A stretch of DNA of 64,000 nucleotides, from assembly GCA_052389415.1 (NCBI GenBank), contig JBQTHX010000018.1, positions 9,558 to 73,557 of the forward strand. Reading direction: 5' to 3'. The number at the start of each line of letters is the position of its first letter. Position 1 is the first letter of the stretch. Position numbers and translations under genes: made by a program. Shown here piece by piece: positions 18,831-29,168 of the stretch. This DNA is from Nitrosopumilaceae archaeon. Lineage in GTDB: Archaea > Thermoproteota > Nitrososphaeria > Nitrososphaerales > Nitrosopumilaceae. Below the pieces are notes generated by a model that was given only the letters and a program-made list of their open reading frames with translations, ran no database searches and was not told the origin of the DNA.

Positions 18831-19895
18831 ATGTATCCACTGATTGACGCCGCACGACTTTACGATGAACTTGCTTTGTCGTCGGAGAGAATTAAATGGT
18901 CTTGGGCTTGCAGAATTTTAGATAAATCCAACCTTAAGATTGATACTTCACTGCCAACGACGCCAAGAGCTGGTGATATTGTTCTTGTAAGAGTGGAACA
19001 AATTGGTTATCATAAATCAATCATAGCTTCTAGCAATAAAAAACTCCGTATATATGATGGCGATCTTATCATGGGAATTTTTGGGAACCGATATGCCACA
19101 AACGCACTTGAAGGTGTAGTCGAAGGATTTGAAAACCTCAGCATTTTGACTGCAGGTGGAATGATTGGAACGGTAAAATCCAAACATCAAGACTTTGGGA
19201 AAACTACCAACGTCTCATTTATTGGGTTTCTAAATGACAAGAGTAACCATAGGGTTAACCTAAAAGAACTGAAATTTCACAAATCGAAACCAGTCAGCGA
19301 TACAAAAAATCTAATAGTTTTAGTTGGAACAGGAATGAATACAGGCAAAACAACATCTGTTAGAATGCTAATTAGAGGACTTTCAAAAAGGGATCTAAAA
19401 ATAGCTGCATGCAAACTTACAGGTAGTGTGTCAAATAGAGACGCAGACGAAATGAGGTCCGCATCAGCTAGCTGTACAATTGATTTTAGCGATTATGGAT
19501 TTCCTTCAACATATCTGTGTGACAAAGAAGAGTTACTTGATCTCTTCAATAATATGTTATCTGATGTGGAAAAGTTAAATCCAGACGCAACGGTGATGGA
19601 AATTGCTGATGGTATTCTTCAAAGAGAAACCATGATGCTTCTTGAGGATCCATCAATTAAAAAAAGAGTCAAAGGCATTATACTAACAGCGGAAAGTGCA
19701 CCATCTGCGCTTTATGGTGTTGACAAACTCAAAAAATTAGGTTACAATATAATCGGGGTATCGGGTGCAATGACATCGTCACCATTATTTGTAAAAGAAT
19801 TCAGGCAAAACTGCGAAGTCAGAGTAGCGTCATCTGTTGATTCGGCGGATGAATTGGTCGAAATTGTTCACAAGGCTATTACTATGGAAAACTAG
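18831..19895 (+). CDS. DUF1611-like P-loop protein
   Basis: GNRYAT, GTGMNTGKTT, KLTG, EIADGILQRET. Confidence 0.72.
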   Translation: MYPLIDAARLYDELALSSERIKWSWACRILDKSNLKIDTSLPTTPRAGDIVLVRVEQIGYHKSIIASSNKKLRIYDGDLIMGIFGNRYATNALEGVVEGFENLSILTAGGMIGTVKSKHQDFGKTTNVSFIGFLNDKSNHRVNLKELKFHKSKPVSDTKNLIVLVGTGMNTGKTTSVRMLIRGLSKRDLKIAACKLTGSVSNRDADEMRSASASCTIDFSDYGFPSTYLCDKEELLDLFNNMLSDVEKLNPDATVMEIADGILQRETMMLLEDPSIKKRVKGIILTAESAPSALYGVDKLKKLGYNIIGVSGAMTSSPLFVKEFRQNCEVRVASSVDSADELVEIVHKAITMEN

Positions 19896-19911
19896 AAGAC
19901 ATTGTTGAAGA

Positions 19912-21684
19912 ATGAGCTCACAGCAGATATCTCCAGTAAAATATGCACTTAAGCATCTTAAAAAATATAAGCTAAAATTAGCAGCTGCCATCTTCTGGTC
20001 TATTCTTTTTGTAATAATTCCTATGCAGGTGCCTATTCTTACTGGAGCTTTAATTGATGGCATACATGGAAAGAGTGTAAAATTATACGGACTTGTAGAA
20101 TTAAATCAATCACAGGAACAAATTCTCAATCTTGCTGTTATAGGTCTAGTTCTAGTTGCCGCAATTTATGGTGTCACTGCGTATTTTCGTACAACTGCAA
20201 GAGCAAAGATAAGTCGGCACTTCATATTTGAGCTTCAAAAAGCACTGATTCAAAAATTAGAATTTCTATCCTTAGATATACACGCAAAATACGGATCTGG
20301 AGAACTACTAAACAGAACAATAGTTGATACTGGTTCAGTAAGACCGTTTGTTGAAGGCACTATAATCAAAGCGTGCACCAACGTTGTTAGAATAACATAT
20401 CCATTTCTAATACTGTTCATTATGGATCCAATTCTTGCTGCAATGTCTTCGTCAATCTTGCCCGTTCAATTCTTACTTACTAGAACTCTACAAAAAAAAG
20501 TTCGTAAAGCGTCAAGACATTCTAGAAAAAACAGATCAAAGTTAACCACCTTCGTAAAGGAAAGTCTTGATGGCATAGAAACAATTCAAACTTCAAATGC
20601 CGAAAGATATTCAATTGAGAAAATTTCCCGACAAGCAGAAATGGTGGAAACCCATCAATTACATACTCAGAAATATTTTGGACTGATGACTGGTCTTGCA
20701 TGGTCTCTAACTAGTTTAGGACTAGCAATAACATGGTGGCAAGGTGGACTCAAGGTCATATCAGGAGAAATGACAATAGGCAATCTAATAGTTTTCACAG
20801 GGTTTGTACTCTTTATTTATGCCCCCCTGCGCAGATTTACGGAAGTAATGAAGGATTACCATAAAAGTATAACAGCAGTTGAGAATATTCAAGAAATTCT
20901 GGATACACCTTCATCAATTCAGGAATCTCCAGATGCGGTACAATTAACAGCGCCACATGGAAAAATAGAACTCCAGAACGTCAGTTTTTCATATGCTGAA
21001 CGCAAAGTATTGAACAATCTTAACATTACTATCGAAAAAAATAGCATTACAGCCATAGTAGGTAAAAGTGGTTCAGGGAAGAGCTCTCTTTTAAAATTGA
21101 TTACAAGACTGTATGATCCCTCGGAGGGACAAATTCTGATTGATGGACAGGATATCAAAAAAATCACTCTTCTATCCCTTAGAAAGGCTATCGCAGTTGT
21201 TCCTCAGACACCTGTGATCTTTAATGGAACAATACTGGAAAATGTCAGATTAGCAAGACCAGAGGCAACAGATCAAGAAGTAATAGAAGCATGCAAATCA
21301 GCTGACGCGTTGGAATTTATTCTTAAACTTGATAGGGGATTCAACGCAGTTCTAGGAACTGGTGGAACCAATCTTTCTGGAGGACAAGTCCAACGAGTAG
21401 CCATAGCAAGAGCCTTACTTAAGAAACCAAGAATACTTTTGCTGGATGAACCCAGCTCCGCCTTAGATGCTAAATCAGAATCAGCTGTGATAGCAACGTT
21501 AGAACATCTAAAAAATAATATGACAATCATATTGGTTGGGCATCATCTTAAAGCAATTAGCAGTGCAGACAGATTAATCGTATTAGATGACGGAAAAGTA
21601 GTGCAAGAAGGAACTCATAAAGAACTTGTTTCTTCACAGGGAGTTTACAGTCTCTTGTATTCTTGGGAGGAAAATAAAAATTGA
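19912..21684 (+). CDS. ABC exporter, fused TMD-NBD (MsbA-like)
   Basis: GKSGSGKS, LSGGQ, LLLDEP; N-terminal TM domain. Confidence 0.92.
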   Translation: MSSQQISPVKYALKHLKKYKLKLAAAIFWSILFVIIPMQVPILTGALIDGIHGKSVKLYGLVELNQSQEQILNLAVIGLVLVAAIYGVTAYFRTTARAKISRHFIFELQKALIQKLEFLSLDIHAKYGSGELLNRTIVDTGSVRPFVEGTIIKACTNVVRITYPFLILFIMDPILAAMSSSILPVQFLLTRTLQKKVRKASRHSRKNRSKLTTFVKESLDGIETIQTSNAERYSIEKISRQAEMVETHQLHTQKYFGLMTGLAWSLTSLGLAITWWQGGLKVISGEMTIGNLIVFTGFVLFIYAPLRRFTEVMKDYHKSITAVENIQEILDTPSSIQESPDAVQLTAPHGKIELQNVSFSYAERKVLNNLNITIEKNSITAIVGKSGSGKSSLLKLITRLYDPSEGQILIDGQDIKKITLLSLRKAIAVVPQTPVIFNGTILENVRLARPEATDQEVIEACKSADALEFILKLDRGFNAVLGTGGTNLSGGQVQRVAIARALLKKPRILLLDEPSSALDAKSESAVIATLEHLKNNMTIILVGHHLKAISSADRLIVLDDGKVVQEGTHKELVSSQGVYSLLYSWEENKN

Positions 21685-23018
21685 TTCAACTAGATTCTGT
21701 TCTGAAACCTATAGAAAATCACAACTCATCTGAATCTGAAATTATTGGTTTTTCAGAAGAGGATAGGCCATTAACCGTTACATACCATGGTAGAAACATA
21801 AAATCATCACTTAGGGTTTTTATTATTGCGGGTCAACATGGAGACGAAAGATATGGACGTAAAGCCATTGATCGTTTTATTACTTACATGACAGATGGAA
21901 AACTAAATTTTCCACTAATGCAGTTTGCAATTTTGTCTAACGCAAATCCAGACGGTGCGTCAGTAAGGAAACGAGAAAACGCACAGGGGATAGATTTGAA
22001 TAGAGATCATCAACGTTTGGACAGTAAGGAGAACCGCTGTGTACATTCCTTCGTAAGACGATGGAATCCACACATGATTATTGATGTACACAACTACCCT
22101 TCAAAAAGGAAACATCTACTAGAAAAAGACATCATGCTATATTATGATGTACTTGTAGACGTTCCAACAAATCCAGCTGCCTATTGTATTAAAGAAAAAA
22201 GCAAAGCAGAATTCATAAAAAATATTCGTTCAGATCTACGATCTCATAACATTAATTGTGAAAGATACTTTATTGTAAAGCCATCGGGGAGAGTCAGACA
22301 TGGTAGCCCTGACATAGTAGACGCTAGAAATTCGCTTTCATTAAGGTACAACACTTTGACTTTTCTAGTAGAGGGACGAACTTCCACACGAGGAGAAGAT
22401 AAATCCTACAGGGAACATCTTGTTTCTTCCCAATGCGAAGCGATTGCATCAATACTGCGATGGACCCAAACGCAAAGAAGTTCTTTAATGGAAAATCAAA
22501 ACTCCATTCCTAAAAAAGGAGACAATGTCGCAATTAGTTCGAGATATGTAGGAGCTACTCAACCATTTGAAATAAGTTTTAAGAATTTACAAACAAGAAA
22601 ATTGGACGTTGTTTCACTTGTAAAGTATACGCCCAGCATAAAAGTTACAAAATATGCTACTTTACCAACTTGTTACGCTATTCCATCAGGTAAGTCCAAG
22701 GTCATTGAAATGCTACATAGACATGGATTCGTGTCTGCGCTTTCTGACTCCCATAAGTTTGAAAATATTCAATATTATAGTATTCAGTCTGTAAAATATT
22801 CAACACGCGAAAATAGAGCGCCAAGGAAAATCACTATGTTGACAAAATCAGAACAAAGAAGATTAGATAAATTCTTTATTTTCCCCACATCTCAAAGAGG
22901 AGGTCACTCGCTTGCAGTCTTTTTGGAGCCTGACTCGAAGTACGGACTTCATAGATACGCCGATCTAGATCTGCCAATTATTCCAGATTCACATTATCAT
23001 ATCTTACGAATTATGTGA
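21681..23018 (+). CDS. M14 family zinc carboxypeptidase
   Basis: QHGDE, NPDG, RENAQGIDLNRD, IDVH. Confidence 0.85.
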   Translation: MIQLDSVLKPIENHNSSESEIIGFSEEDRPLTVTYHGRNIKSSLRVFIIAGQHGDERYGRKAIDRFITYMTDGKLNFPLMQFAILSNANPDGASVRKRENAQGIDLNRDHQRLDSKENRCVHSFVRRWNPHMIIDVHNYPSKRKHLLEKDIMLYYDVLVDVPTNPAAYCIKEKSKAEFIKNIRSDLRSHNINCERYFIVKPSGRVRHGSPDIVDARNSLSLRYNTLTFLVEGRTSTRGEDKSYREHLVSSQCEAIASILRWTQTQRSSLMENQNSIPKKGDNVAISSRYVGATQPFEISFKNLQTRKLDVVSLVKYTPSIKVTKYATLPTCYAIPSGKSKVIEMLHRHGFVSALSDSHKFENIQYYSIQSVKYSTRENRAPRKITMLTKSEQRRLDKFFIFPTSQRGGHSLAVFLEPDSKYGLHRYADLDLPIIPDSHYHILRIM

Positions 23019-23113
23019 CCATCATGTGGATACACACTTCAAGTTCAGCCTTGATGACACGTAGTCTTTAGAATTTTTGATACTATCATACAATTGAAAA
23101 AATTCGCTAATTT

Positions 23114-23126
23114 GTTCGCCTTTCAA
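23114..23126 (+). repeat. attR core GTTCGCCTTTCAA
   Basis: Identical to 11425-11437; 1 bp from the DUF47 stop codon. Confidence 0.88.
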
Positions 23127-23127
23127 G

Positions 23128-23781
23128 TTATAGGCTTAGGGCTAAAGAAATAAAGGAATCAGAGGCTTCAAGACATTTATCGGCCATTTCCTCCACTCCG
23201 CCTATGATGTCTTTTAAAAGTAACAATTCTTTGGTAATTGTAATCTCATCTAAGACCTTGATCGTTAGGTCACGATATTTATCATCCACATTACGTTCTA
23301 TTTTTTGAGTTTCATGAGCAAGCTCTATGGCTCCTGATGGATTAGTATTCAGTGCACGAACAATTTCATTCAGCTTGTAAATTTCATCTACTACTAGATC
23401 AATTAATTCTGTAATGTCTTTGTCAAGTTTACTTTTCTTCAAAGTAGAAGCCTTGATATTTGAAAGTTTGAATGCTATGCCGTTGATATATCCTGAAATT
23501 TCATCCATTGTATATGCTGTTCGCAAGATATTTTCCCTATTCATCATCAAGCCTCCTACTTCAGCAATCTCTCTTGTTATCTTTCGGCGCAGAGCTTCTA
23601 CTTCATCTTCTGTGCTGCGCATTCGTTCAAGGGATGCTTTTATCTCGGTTTTATCTCCTTTTATAATAAGGGCAGGTAATGCAGAGAGATCTCTTACTGC
23701 GTTAAGAATTCTGTTAATTTCATCTTGCAAAACTGCAATCGCTTTTCGCTTTGCTTGAACTTCTAATTCTCCGCTGTACAT
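23128..23781 (-). CDS. DUF47/PhoU-like phosphate transport regulator
   Basis: Helical repeats EDEVEALRR, IERNVDDKYR, EEMADKC. Confidence 0.82.
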   Translation of the reverse strand: MYSGELEVQAKRKAIAVLQDEINRILNAVRDLSALPALIIKGDKTEIKASLERMRSTEDEVEALRRKITREIAEVGGLMMNRENILRTAYTMDEISGYINGIAFKLSNIKASTLKKSKLDKDITELIDLVVDEIYKLNEIVRALNTNPSGAIELAHETQKIERNVDDKYRDLTIKVLDEITITKELLLLKDIIGGVEEMADKCLEASDSFISLALSL

Positions 23782-23856
23782 GTAAGGCTTTAAAGTATTT
23801 GCAGAGACTAATAATCCTTACGTGGAGTTTTCCTAAATCATTTTTAGATTATTGTC

Positions 23857-25629
23857 TTAAATGTAATTCTGTCTTTCTTCTTGAATTGATCTTTTTTGTC
23901 CGTTGTAAAGTGAGATGACCTCTTCATCTGTTGTTGCATTCTCTGGAGTTTTTTCAAGCCTAATCTTGCCTGTAAATTTTGGAAATCTAAGAGCAAGACC
24001 ACTCCCTTTTCTTATCCTATCTATTGCTGTTTTGTGGATAGGACTAAGGGTTATTTCCGATGCTACAATCTCAATCACCACTTCAGGTTCAAACCATACA
24101 TCAGCGTCAAGTCCGCTGTTTATTCTAGGATTTTTTTTCAAAGTTATTCTGCTAGAAAGTATCTGAAAGAATTGATCAAGATTTTCATCTGTAAATCCGG
24201 TGCCAACTTTGCAAATACTTGGATAGGTGTCAGTTTTATCATCATACGTGGCAAGTAATAATGCACCATATCTTCCAGTCCTTCTGCCGCGTCCAAAAAA
24301 CGCACCTACTACAACAAGATCTAAACTGTCTCCTAGCTCATTCCTGTATTCCCGTTTTAGCTTAAGCCAGTTATTTCCTCTGGCACCAGCTCTGTAGGGG
24401 GCATCGAGTTGCTTTAACATTAATCCCTCACATCCTGCATTAATTGCATTTTCTAATGCATCTTCAACGTCATTATCTGATTTTACTAATGTCATTGGCA
24501 TGACTTTGGCAAACTCGTCTTCTCTGACAATTTTTTCAAGTATCTTTCGTCGCTCTTTGTATGGCAAGTCAAGACAGCTTTTACCATCAATAAATAAAAT
24601 ATCAAAAAAGTTTACGGTGATGGGATATTGTGAAACTGCCTTTGCAATATTGTATTTTCTTCTACGATGCATTAGTTCTTGAAACGCTAGAAACTCGCCT
24701 GTGTTATCATTGATTGCAACAGCCTCTACTTCCAATATTGCTTCATTTGCATCAAGGGATTTGCTAATCCTCTCAACTATGTCAGGGTAATAACTTGTAA
24801 TATTTTCAAGACTTCGAGAATAAAGTAGAATCTTCTCTGCTTTTATGTGAATCTGCACTCGTTCTCCATCAAGCTTGTATTCTGCCGCAAACTCCTCGCC
24901 CATCTTCTCATGAGCTTCTTGTGGACTTTTTACGCGCTCTGCTAACATTGGTCTGATGGGATTAAAAACTGAAACTTGGAAATTCTTAATAGAATCAATT
25001 CCGTCTTTTGCAAGGGTTGCAGAAATTTTTCCTAAATCGCTTGACACGTTATATGCTTGTTCAAGCAGTAGTCTATTTTCCTTTGAACCAGTAAAAGCAA
25101 TTGAAAGTGAATCAAGTAGCGTGTAATCAGCAATTCCTAAACGCAGAGAATTGGTAATTATTTTGAGAATAAATCCTGCCTCTATAGGACTTGCATCATT
25201 TAACAGACTTGAAATATACTTTAATTTCATATCCTGTGAGCGTATTCCTTTAAGTTCCGCAATTTTGAATAAAGTTTCATAAACTCTTTCCACAGTGATA
25301 TCTTCTTTAACGAACGTGGTCTGTATTTTTTGTTTCAATATGTTTGCAGCAGCTTGGCCTAAATCACCACTTTCATGATACGCATTTTCAATTTTTTTGA
25401 TTGGAATTCCTGCAGATTTTGATATTGCTTTTATGGCAATTTTTTCTGCAACGCCTAACTCTATTCCCTCATGATCTGGTTTTAGTTTTCCTTGCAATAG
25501 ATACACAACACTTGAAATTACTTCAGGTGGAGTTTTTTTGAATAAATCTACAAGATATTGTGTTAACTCTAGTCTTTTTGTCGTAGTCTCCATTATTTTT
25601 AGCGTTTCTGCTACAAGAGAAAACTTCAT
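23857..25629 (-). CDS. lig: ATP-dependent DNA ligase
   Basis: EYKLDGER, EGLMLK, WLKLK, LRFPKF. Confidence 0.96.
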   Translation of the reverse strand: MKFSLVAETLKIMETTTKRLELTQYLVDLFKKTPPEVISSVVYLLQGKLKPDHEGIELGVAEKIAIKAISKSAGIPIKKIENAYHESGDLGQAAANILKQKIQTTFVKEDITVERVYETLFKIAELKGIRSQDMKLKYISSLLNDASPIEAGFILKIITNSLRLGIADYTLLDSLSIAFTGSKENRLLLEQAYNVSSDLGKISATLAKDGIDSIKNFQVSVFNPIRPMLAERVKSPQEAHEKMGEEFAAEYKLDGERVQIHIKAEKILLYSRSLENITSYYPDIVERISKSLDANEAILEVEAVAINDNTGEFLAFQELMHRRRKYNIAKAVSQYPITVNFFDILFIDGKSCLDLPYKERRKILEKIVREDEFAKVMPMTLVKSDNDVEDALENAINAGCEGLMLKQLDAPYRAGARGNNWLKLKREYRNELGDSLDLVVVGAFFGRGRRTGRYGALLLATYDDKTDTYPSICKVGTGFTDENLDQFFQILSSRITLKKNPRINSGLDADVWFEPEVVIEIVASEITLSPIHKTAIDRIRKGSGLALRFPKFTGKIRLEKTPENATTDEEVISLYNGQKRSIQEERQNYI

Positions 25630-25666
25630 TGAAGAAACTCAACAGCTTCTGGAATAAAAGCTTGAG

Positions 25667-25960
25667 TTATTTCATCTTAAGGTGAGACTTGATACTTAAC
25701 CAAATCTCTGGGGTTCTGTTAAAAAGTATGGAATGAAAACCTGAAATTTCATCATCATTCAAAAATCTTTTATTTCTTCTTAAGAATCCATCAAAGAAAA
25801 CTCCAGATATGTATCCAACGTATAACCCAAAGGCAAAATCTGGAAGTGTCGCACTGGTAGGAGCAAGAGGTTTTGCTTCATTTAAAACCACACGCGGGTA
25901 ATCAAGGGTATACGTTATGACCTCGTTTAGATTTTTTTCCTCGATCATGTCTAATCCCAT
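25667..25960 (-). CDS. Hypothetical protein
   Basis: 97-aa ORF filling the intergenic space. Confidence 0.55.
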   Translation of the reverse strand: MGLDMIEEKNLNEVITYTLDYPRVVLNEAKPLAPTSATLPDFAFGLYVGYISGVFFDGFLRRNKRFLNDDEISGFHSILFNRTPEIWLSIKSHLKMK

Positions 25961-26040
25961 AACGAAAACCAGTGACCCAAATATTTAGGATTTTGCAGAA
26001 ATTCTTGTCGTTTATAAATAGGAATTTGAAAAACTTTAGC

Positions 26041-26355
26041 ATGGGTGGAGCAAAAAAACAATCTCCTGCACAAGCAGAAAAATCACAGCAGGCAGAAGCT
26101 GCAAAAAAGGATGGTCGTCAAAAGAAAGGAGACAAGAAGGAACAAAAATCAAAATCAGCGATATCTGTAATAATTGACGAAAACCAAGCCATGAATTTTA
26201 TCAAAGGTGCGAAAGTCTTTACAGTACAGGAAATTGCGCGACAAGAAGGCGTGAAAATATCTGCGGCAAATGCATTCTTACTAAAATTATTGAAAAATGG
26301 AATTGTCAAAAGAACTGGCGGCTATAGCGGTCATCATGTCTATACTGCCGCTTGA
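26041..26355 (+). CDS. rps25e: Ribosomal protein S25e
   Basis: MGGAKK, Lys-rich N-terminus, wHTH VKISAAN..L; start at ATG 26041. Confidence 0.8.
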   Translation: MGGAKKQSPAQAEKSQQAEAAKKDGRQKKGDKKEQKSKSAISVIIDENQAMNFIKGAKVFTVQEIARQEGVKISAANAFLLKLLKNGIVKRTGGYSGHHVYTAA

Positions 26356-26732
26356 GTTACAATAAATACATCACCAGGTTTTACATTGTTTAATTCATCT
26401 ACATTGGATATGATCATGCCAATAGGAGTCAACGGTTTTGTAGAACCAATCTCATTTATAAAAAAGCAGATTGATCCTGTTGATTGCATGAAAGCAATTT
26501 CGCCTTTTTTGAATTGACTTCGCTGCCTTTCTCCACCGACATTTATCCTAGTTTCTAAGTATACAAAGCTGTTTTCAACTCTGTGTGCATTTCCTTCAAG
26601 TGGCAAGGATCTAATTATGGTTCCAACAGTCTTTGGAGCCAGATGACGTTTTAACTCACATCTAAATTGCGATTTGTCTTTAATTTGTAAATAAATCTCA
26701 ATTCTTGAAACAGATCCTGCACTCATTTTCAA
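26340..26732 (-). CDS. Cyclophilin-like (DUF369) protein
   Basis: LAPKTV..I..SLP, KKGEIAF..GSICFF. Confidence 0.75.
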   Translation of the reverse strand: MKMSAGSVSRIEIYLQIKDKSQFRCELKRHLAPKTVGTIIRSLPLEGNAHRVENSFVYLETRINVGGERQRSQFKKGEIAFMQSTGSICFFINEIGSTKPLTPIGMIISNVDELNNVKPGDVFIVTQAAV

Positions 26733-26778
26733 GAGAGGGGTTTATGAATTATATAACGTTTGTTTAGACCAAATACCA

Positions 26779-27288
26779 ATGTCTGAAGAACCAGAAGAGA
26801 TTATTTCAGAAACTGAAGAGGTTCCCGTAGAGGTCGAACCAGAAGAGCCAGTTGTTGTAGAGGAATCGGTAGATAGTGAAGAAATACTAGAAGAAGGAGA
26901 AGAACCAACAAAGGTAAAAAAGCTCAAAAAAGGTGAACTATCTCCAGAGGAGCTTGCCGAACGACAACGACTGCAAAAAATTATTGATGCAAGAGAAATT
27001 ATTGAAATTGATCCTGTCCATGAACCTATTGAATATGAAACAACCGGTAAAGGCAAGATAATGATCGGCCCTCCCACTTTGACTAGATTCGAAAAAGCAA
27101 GAATAATGGGAGCCAGGGCTTTGCAACTTTCACTAGGAGCTCCTCCTTTCATCTCAGTCCCAAAAGAAGTAGCTACATCACTTGACTTGGCATATGCAGA
27201 ACTTGAAAAACGAGTGATACCTATTACCATACGACGGGTGTTGCCAAATGGTGACTTTCAAAATATTCCAATTGATCTGTTCAACTAA
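26779..27288 (+). CDS. rpoK: RNA polymerase subunit K (Rpo6) with acidic N-terminal extension
   Basis: LTRFEKARIMGARALQLSLGAP, IPITIRR. Confidence 0.93.
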   Translation: MSEEPEEIISETEEVPVEVEPEEPVVVEESVDSEEILEEGEEPTKVKKLKKGELSPEELAERQRLQKIIDAREIIEIDPVHEPIEYETTGKGKIMIGPPTLTRFEKARIMGARALQLSLGAPPFISVPKEVATSLDLAYAELEKRVIPITIRRVLPNGDFQNIPIDLFN

Positions 27289-27340
27289 TGGACCAATCAT
27301 CGATAAAACTTAATAGAATGCAAAATTTTGTGTGATATGA

Positions 27341-27676
27341 TTGAGTATTGTGAGTGTGGAAGATGTCAAGACACAACTGACTAACGATGCCTCATTTTCA
27401 AATAAAGAAAGGATTTTCTTGATTCAAAGACAACCAATAATGGAATGTGCGGTAGATATTTTGACTGTACTTGGAAGCATAGGTCGTGTTGTGTTAAAGG
27501 CTAAAGGAGAGGACATTCCTACTGCAGTGGGAGTAGCAAACGTAATAACCGAAAAAATGATGAAAGGAATATCAGAAGTAAAGGATATAGTTATTGACAG
27601 CGAGAATGGTGCTGGAAAATATGGGATGACGCTTGTTTCAACGATAGAGATTGTTCTTACAAAGAAAACAAATTAA
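27341..27676 (+). CDS. Alba-like nucleic-acid-binding protein
   Basis: VVLKAKGEDIPTAVGVA, VSTIEIVL. Confidence 0.75.
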   Translation: MSIVSVEDVKTQLTNDASFSNKERIFLIQRQPIMECAVDILTVLGSIGRVVLKAKGEDIPTAVGVANVITEKMMKGISEVKDIVIDSENGAGKYGMTLVSTIEIVLTKKTN

Positions 27677-28089
27677 AAAGTTGTGCCTGGGCCTTTGAGA
27701 AGCATGTTCTCACATTCTTTGCATACTGCTTCATCGATGTTTGTCTCTAAATTGTGGTGTATGTCGCAAATCAAAAGACTTGATTTGATGTAATTACACA
27801 ACCCGATGAATTTTGAAAGACTTGCAGGAGTATATGCCATATTGGTTGAAAGGTTGCTGGCGATTTCATCAATCATGTCTGATACTTCTTTAATAGAAAG
27901 AAGTTTGGTTATTAATTCTGGATTCCCTCTTGTTCCTCTAATGTAATTACTTATTGCGGCCTGTGTTACTCCAAGCATTTTTGATATGTCTTCTTCTTGG
28001 ATGTTGTATAATTCCATTAATTTTTTGGCCAAGATTGCTCGCAAAGCTGGAATAAGTGTTTTAGTTTCTATCTCTGCTGGAAGCAACAT
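27673..28089 (-). CDS. HTH transcriptional regulator
   Basis: IPALRA, ISKMLGVTQAAISNY..G.RG, C..H. Confidence 0.82.
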   Translation of the reverse strand: MLLPAEIETKTLIPALRAILAKKLMELYNIQEEDISKMLGVTQAAISNYIRGTRGNPELITKLLSIKEVSDMIDEIASNLSTNMAYTPASLSKFIGLCNYIKSSLLICDIHHNLETNIDEAVCKECENMLLKGPGTTF

Positions 28090-28217
28090 GAAAAAACTAG
28101 GCCTTGAAAATATTTAAACCTACCAATAAGCTTGACCTAAGTTTCTAGAATGATTTTTTCACTCACATCTGTTCCTATGTTAGATAACTTATTTTATCAA
28201 CTTCATCATATCCGTGA

Positions 28218-29168
28218 ATGTTGAAAAAGATTTTTGCAGATCTAACGAAACTCATATCGGAGGAAGTATTATCATGTACGTCTGATTGTATCGCTCTTTC
28301 TGGGGGATTAGATAGTTCTATTCTTGCGAGCAATCTAAAAAAAAATACAAAGGCAATTGTGGTTGTAACTAAAGATTTTCCATCGTCAGATCTGGTTTTT
28401 TCACAGTTAGTTGCTAAAGAATTTGACTTACAACTAGTCATAAAAAAAGCAACAATTAATGATCTAATGTATTCTATCGAGGAAACAATAAAGATCTTGA
28501 AAAATTTCAACAATATAGAAATACGAAATTCTATAGTCTTGTTTATTGCAATAATGACGGCAAAAGAAAATGGATGTACAAGTATCATCACGGGTGATGG
28601 CTGCGATGAATTGTTTGCAGGCTATAGCTTTTTTTTAAAAAAAAATGACACTGAGTTACAAAAAGATTTGGAAAGGATATGGGAAATAATGCATTTTCCA
28701 TCACAACAGATAGGTAATGCGTTAGGTATGGACATTGAATCTCCATTTCTCAATGAAAAAGTTGCAAATTATGCAAAATCTATAAGTGCAGATCTAAAAG
28801 TTCACAATGAAAATAATAAAAAATATGGAAAATGGATCCTAAGAAAAGCATATGAAAATATTATTCCCGAATCGATTCTTTGGAGAGAAAAATCTCCAAT
28901 GCAAAACGGTTCAGGAACAAATAGTCTGACAGAATTTTTTGAAAACAGTATTAGCAATGGAACATTTGAGTCAAAAAGAAGATCATATCAGAAAAAAGAC
29001 AAGGTGAAGCTAAATTCCAAGGAATCATTATACTATTATGAGATATATAGAAAATTCTTTGATCCTCCTCATCTAACTGGATCTTCAACGTATAGGTGTC
29101 CCGATTGTCAAGCCGTTATATCAAAAAACTTTCATTTTTGCCGTATGTGCGGCAGCTTTCCCATCTAG
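28218..29168 (+). CDS. Asparagine synthase C-terminal domain protein with zinc ribbon
   Basis: LSGGLDSS, TGDGCDELFAGY, KWILR, CPDC..CRMC. Confidence 0.82.
   Translation: MLKKIFADLTKLISEEVLSCTSDCIALSGGLDSSILASNLKKNTKAIVVVTKDFPSSDLVFSQLVAKEFDLQLVIKKATINDLMYSIEETIKILKNFNNIEIRNSIVLFIAIMTAKENGCTSIITGDGCDELFAGYSFFLKKNDTELQKDLERIWEIMHFPSQQIGNALGMDIESPFLNEKVANYAKSISADLKVHNENNKKYGKWILRKAYENIIPESILWREKSPMQNGSGTNSLTEFFENSISNGTFESKRRSYQKKDKVKLNSKESLYYYEIYRKFFDPPHLTGSSTYRCPDCQAVISKNFHFCRMCGSFPI

Larger units (their letters stand above)
11425..23126. mobile_element. Integrated element (~11.7 kb) with tyrosine integrase, inserted at the endA start codon
   Basis: Integrase at left end, 13-bp direct repeats at both ends, accessory cargo; removing it places the DUF47 stop 1 bp before endA. 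Confidence 0.9.
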
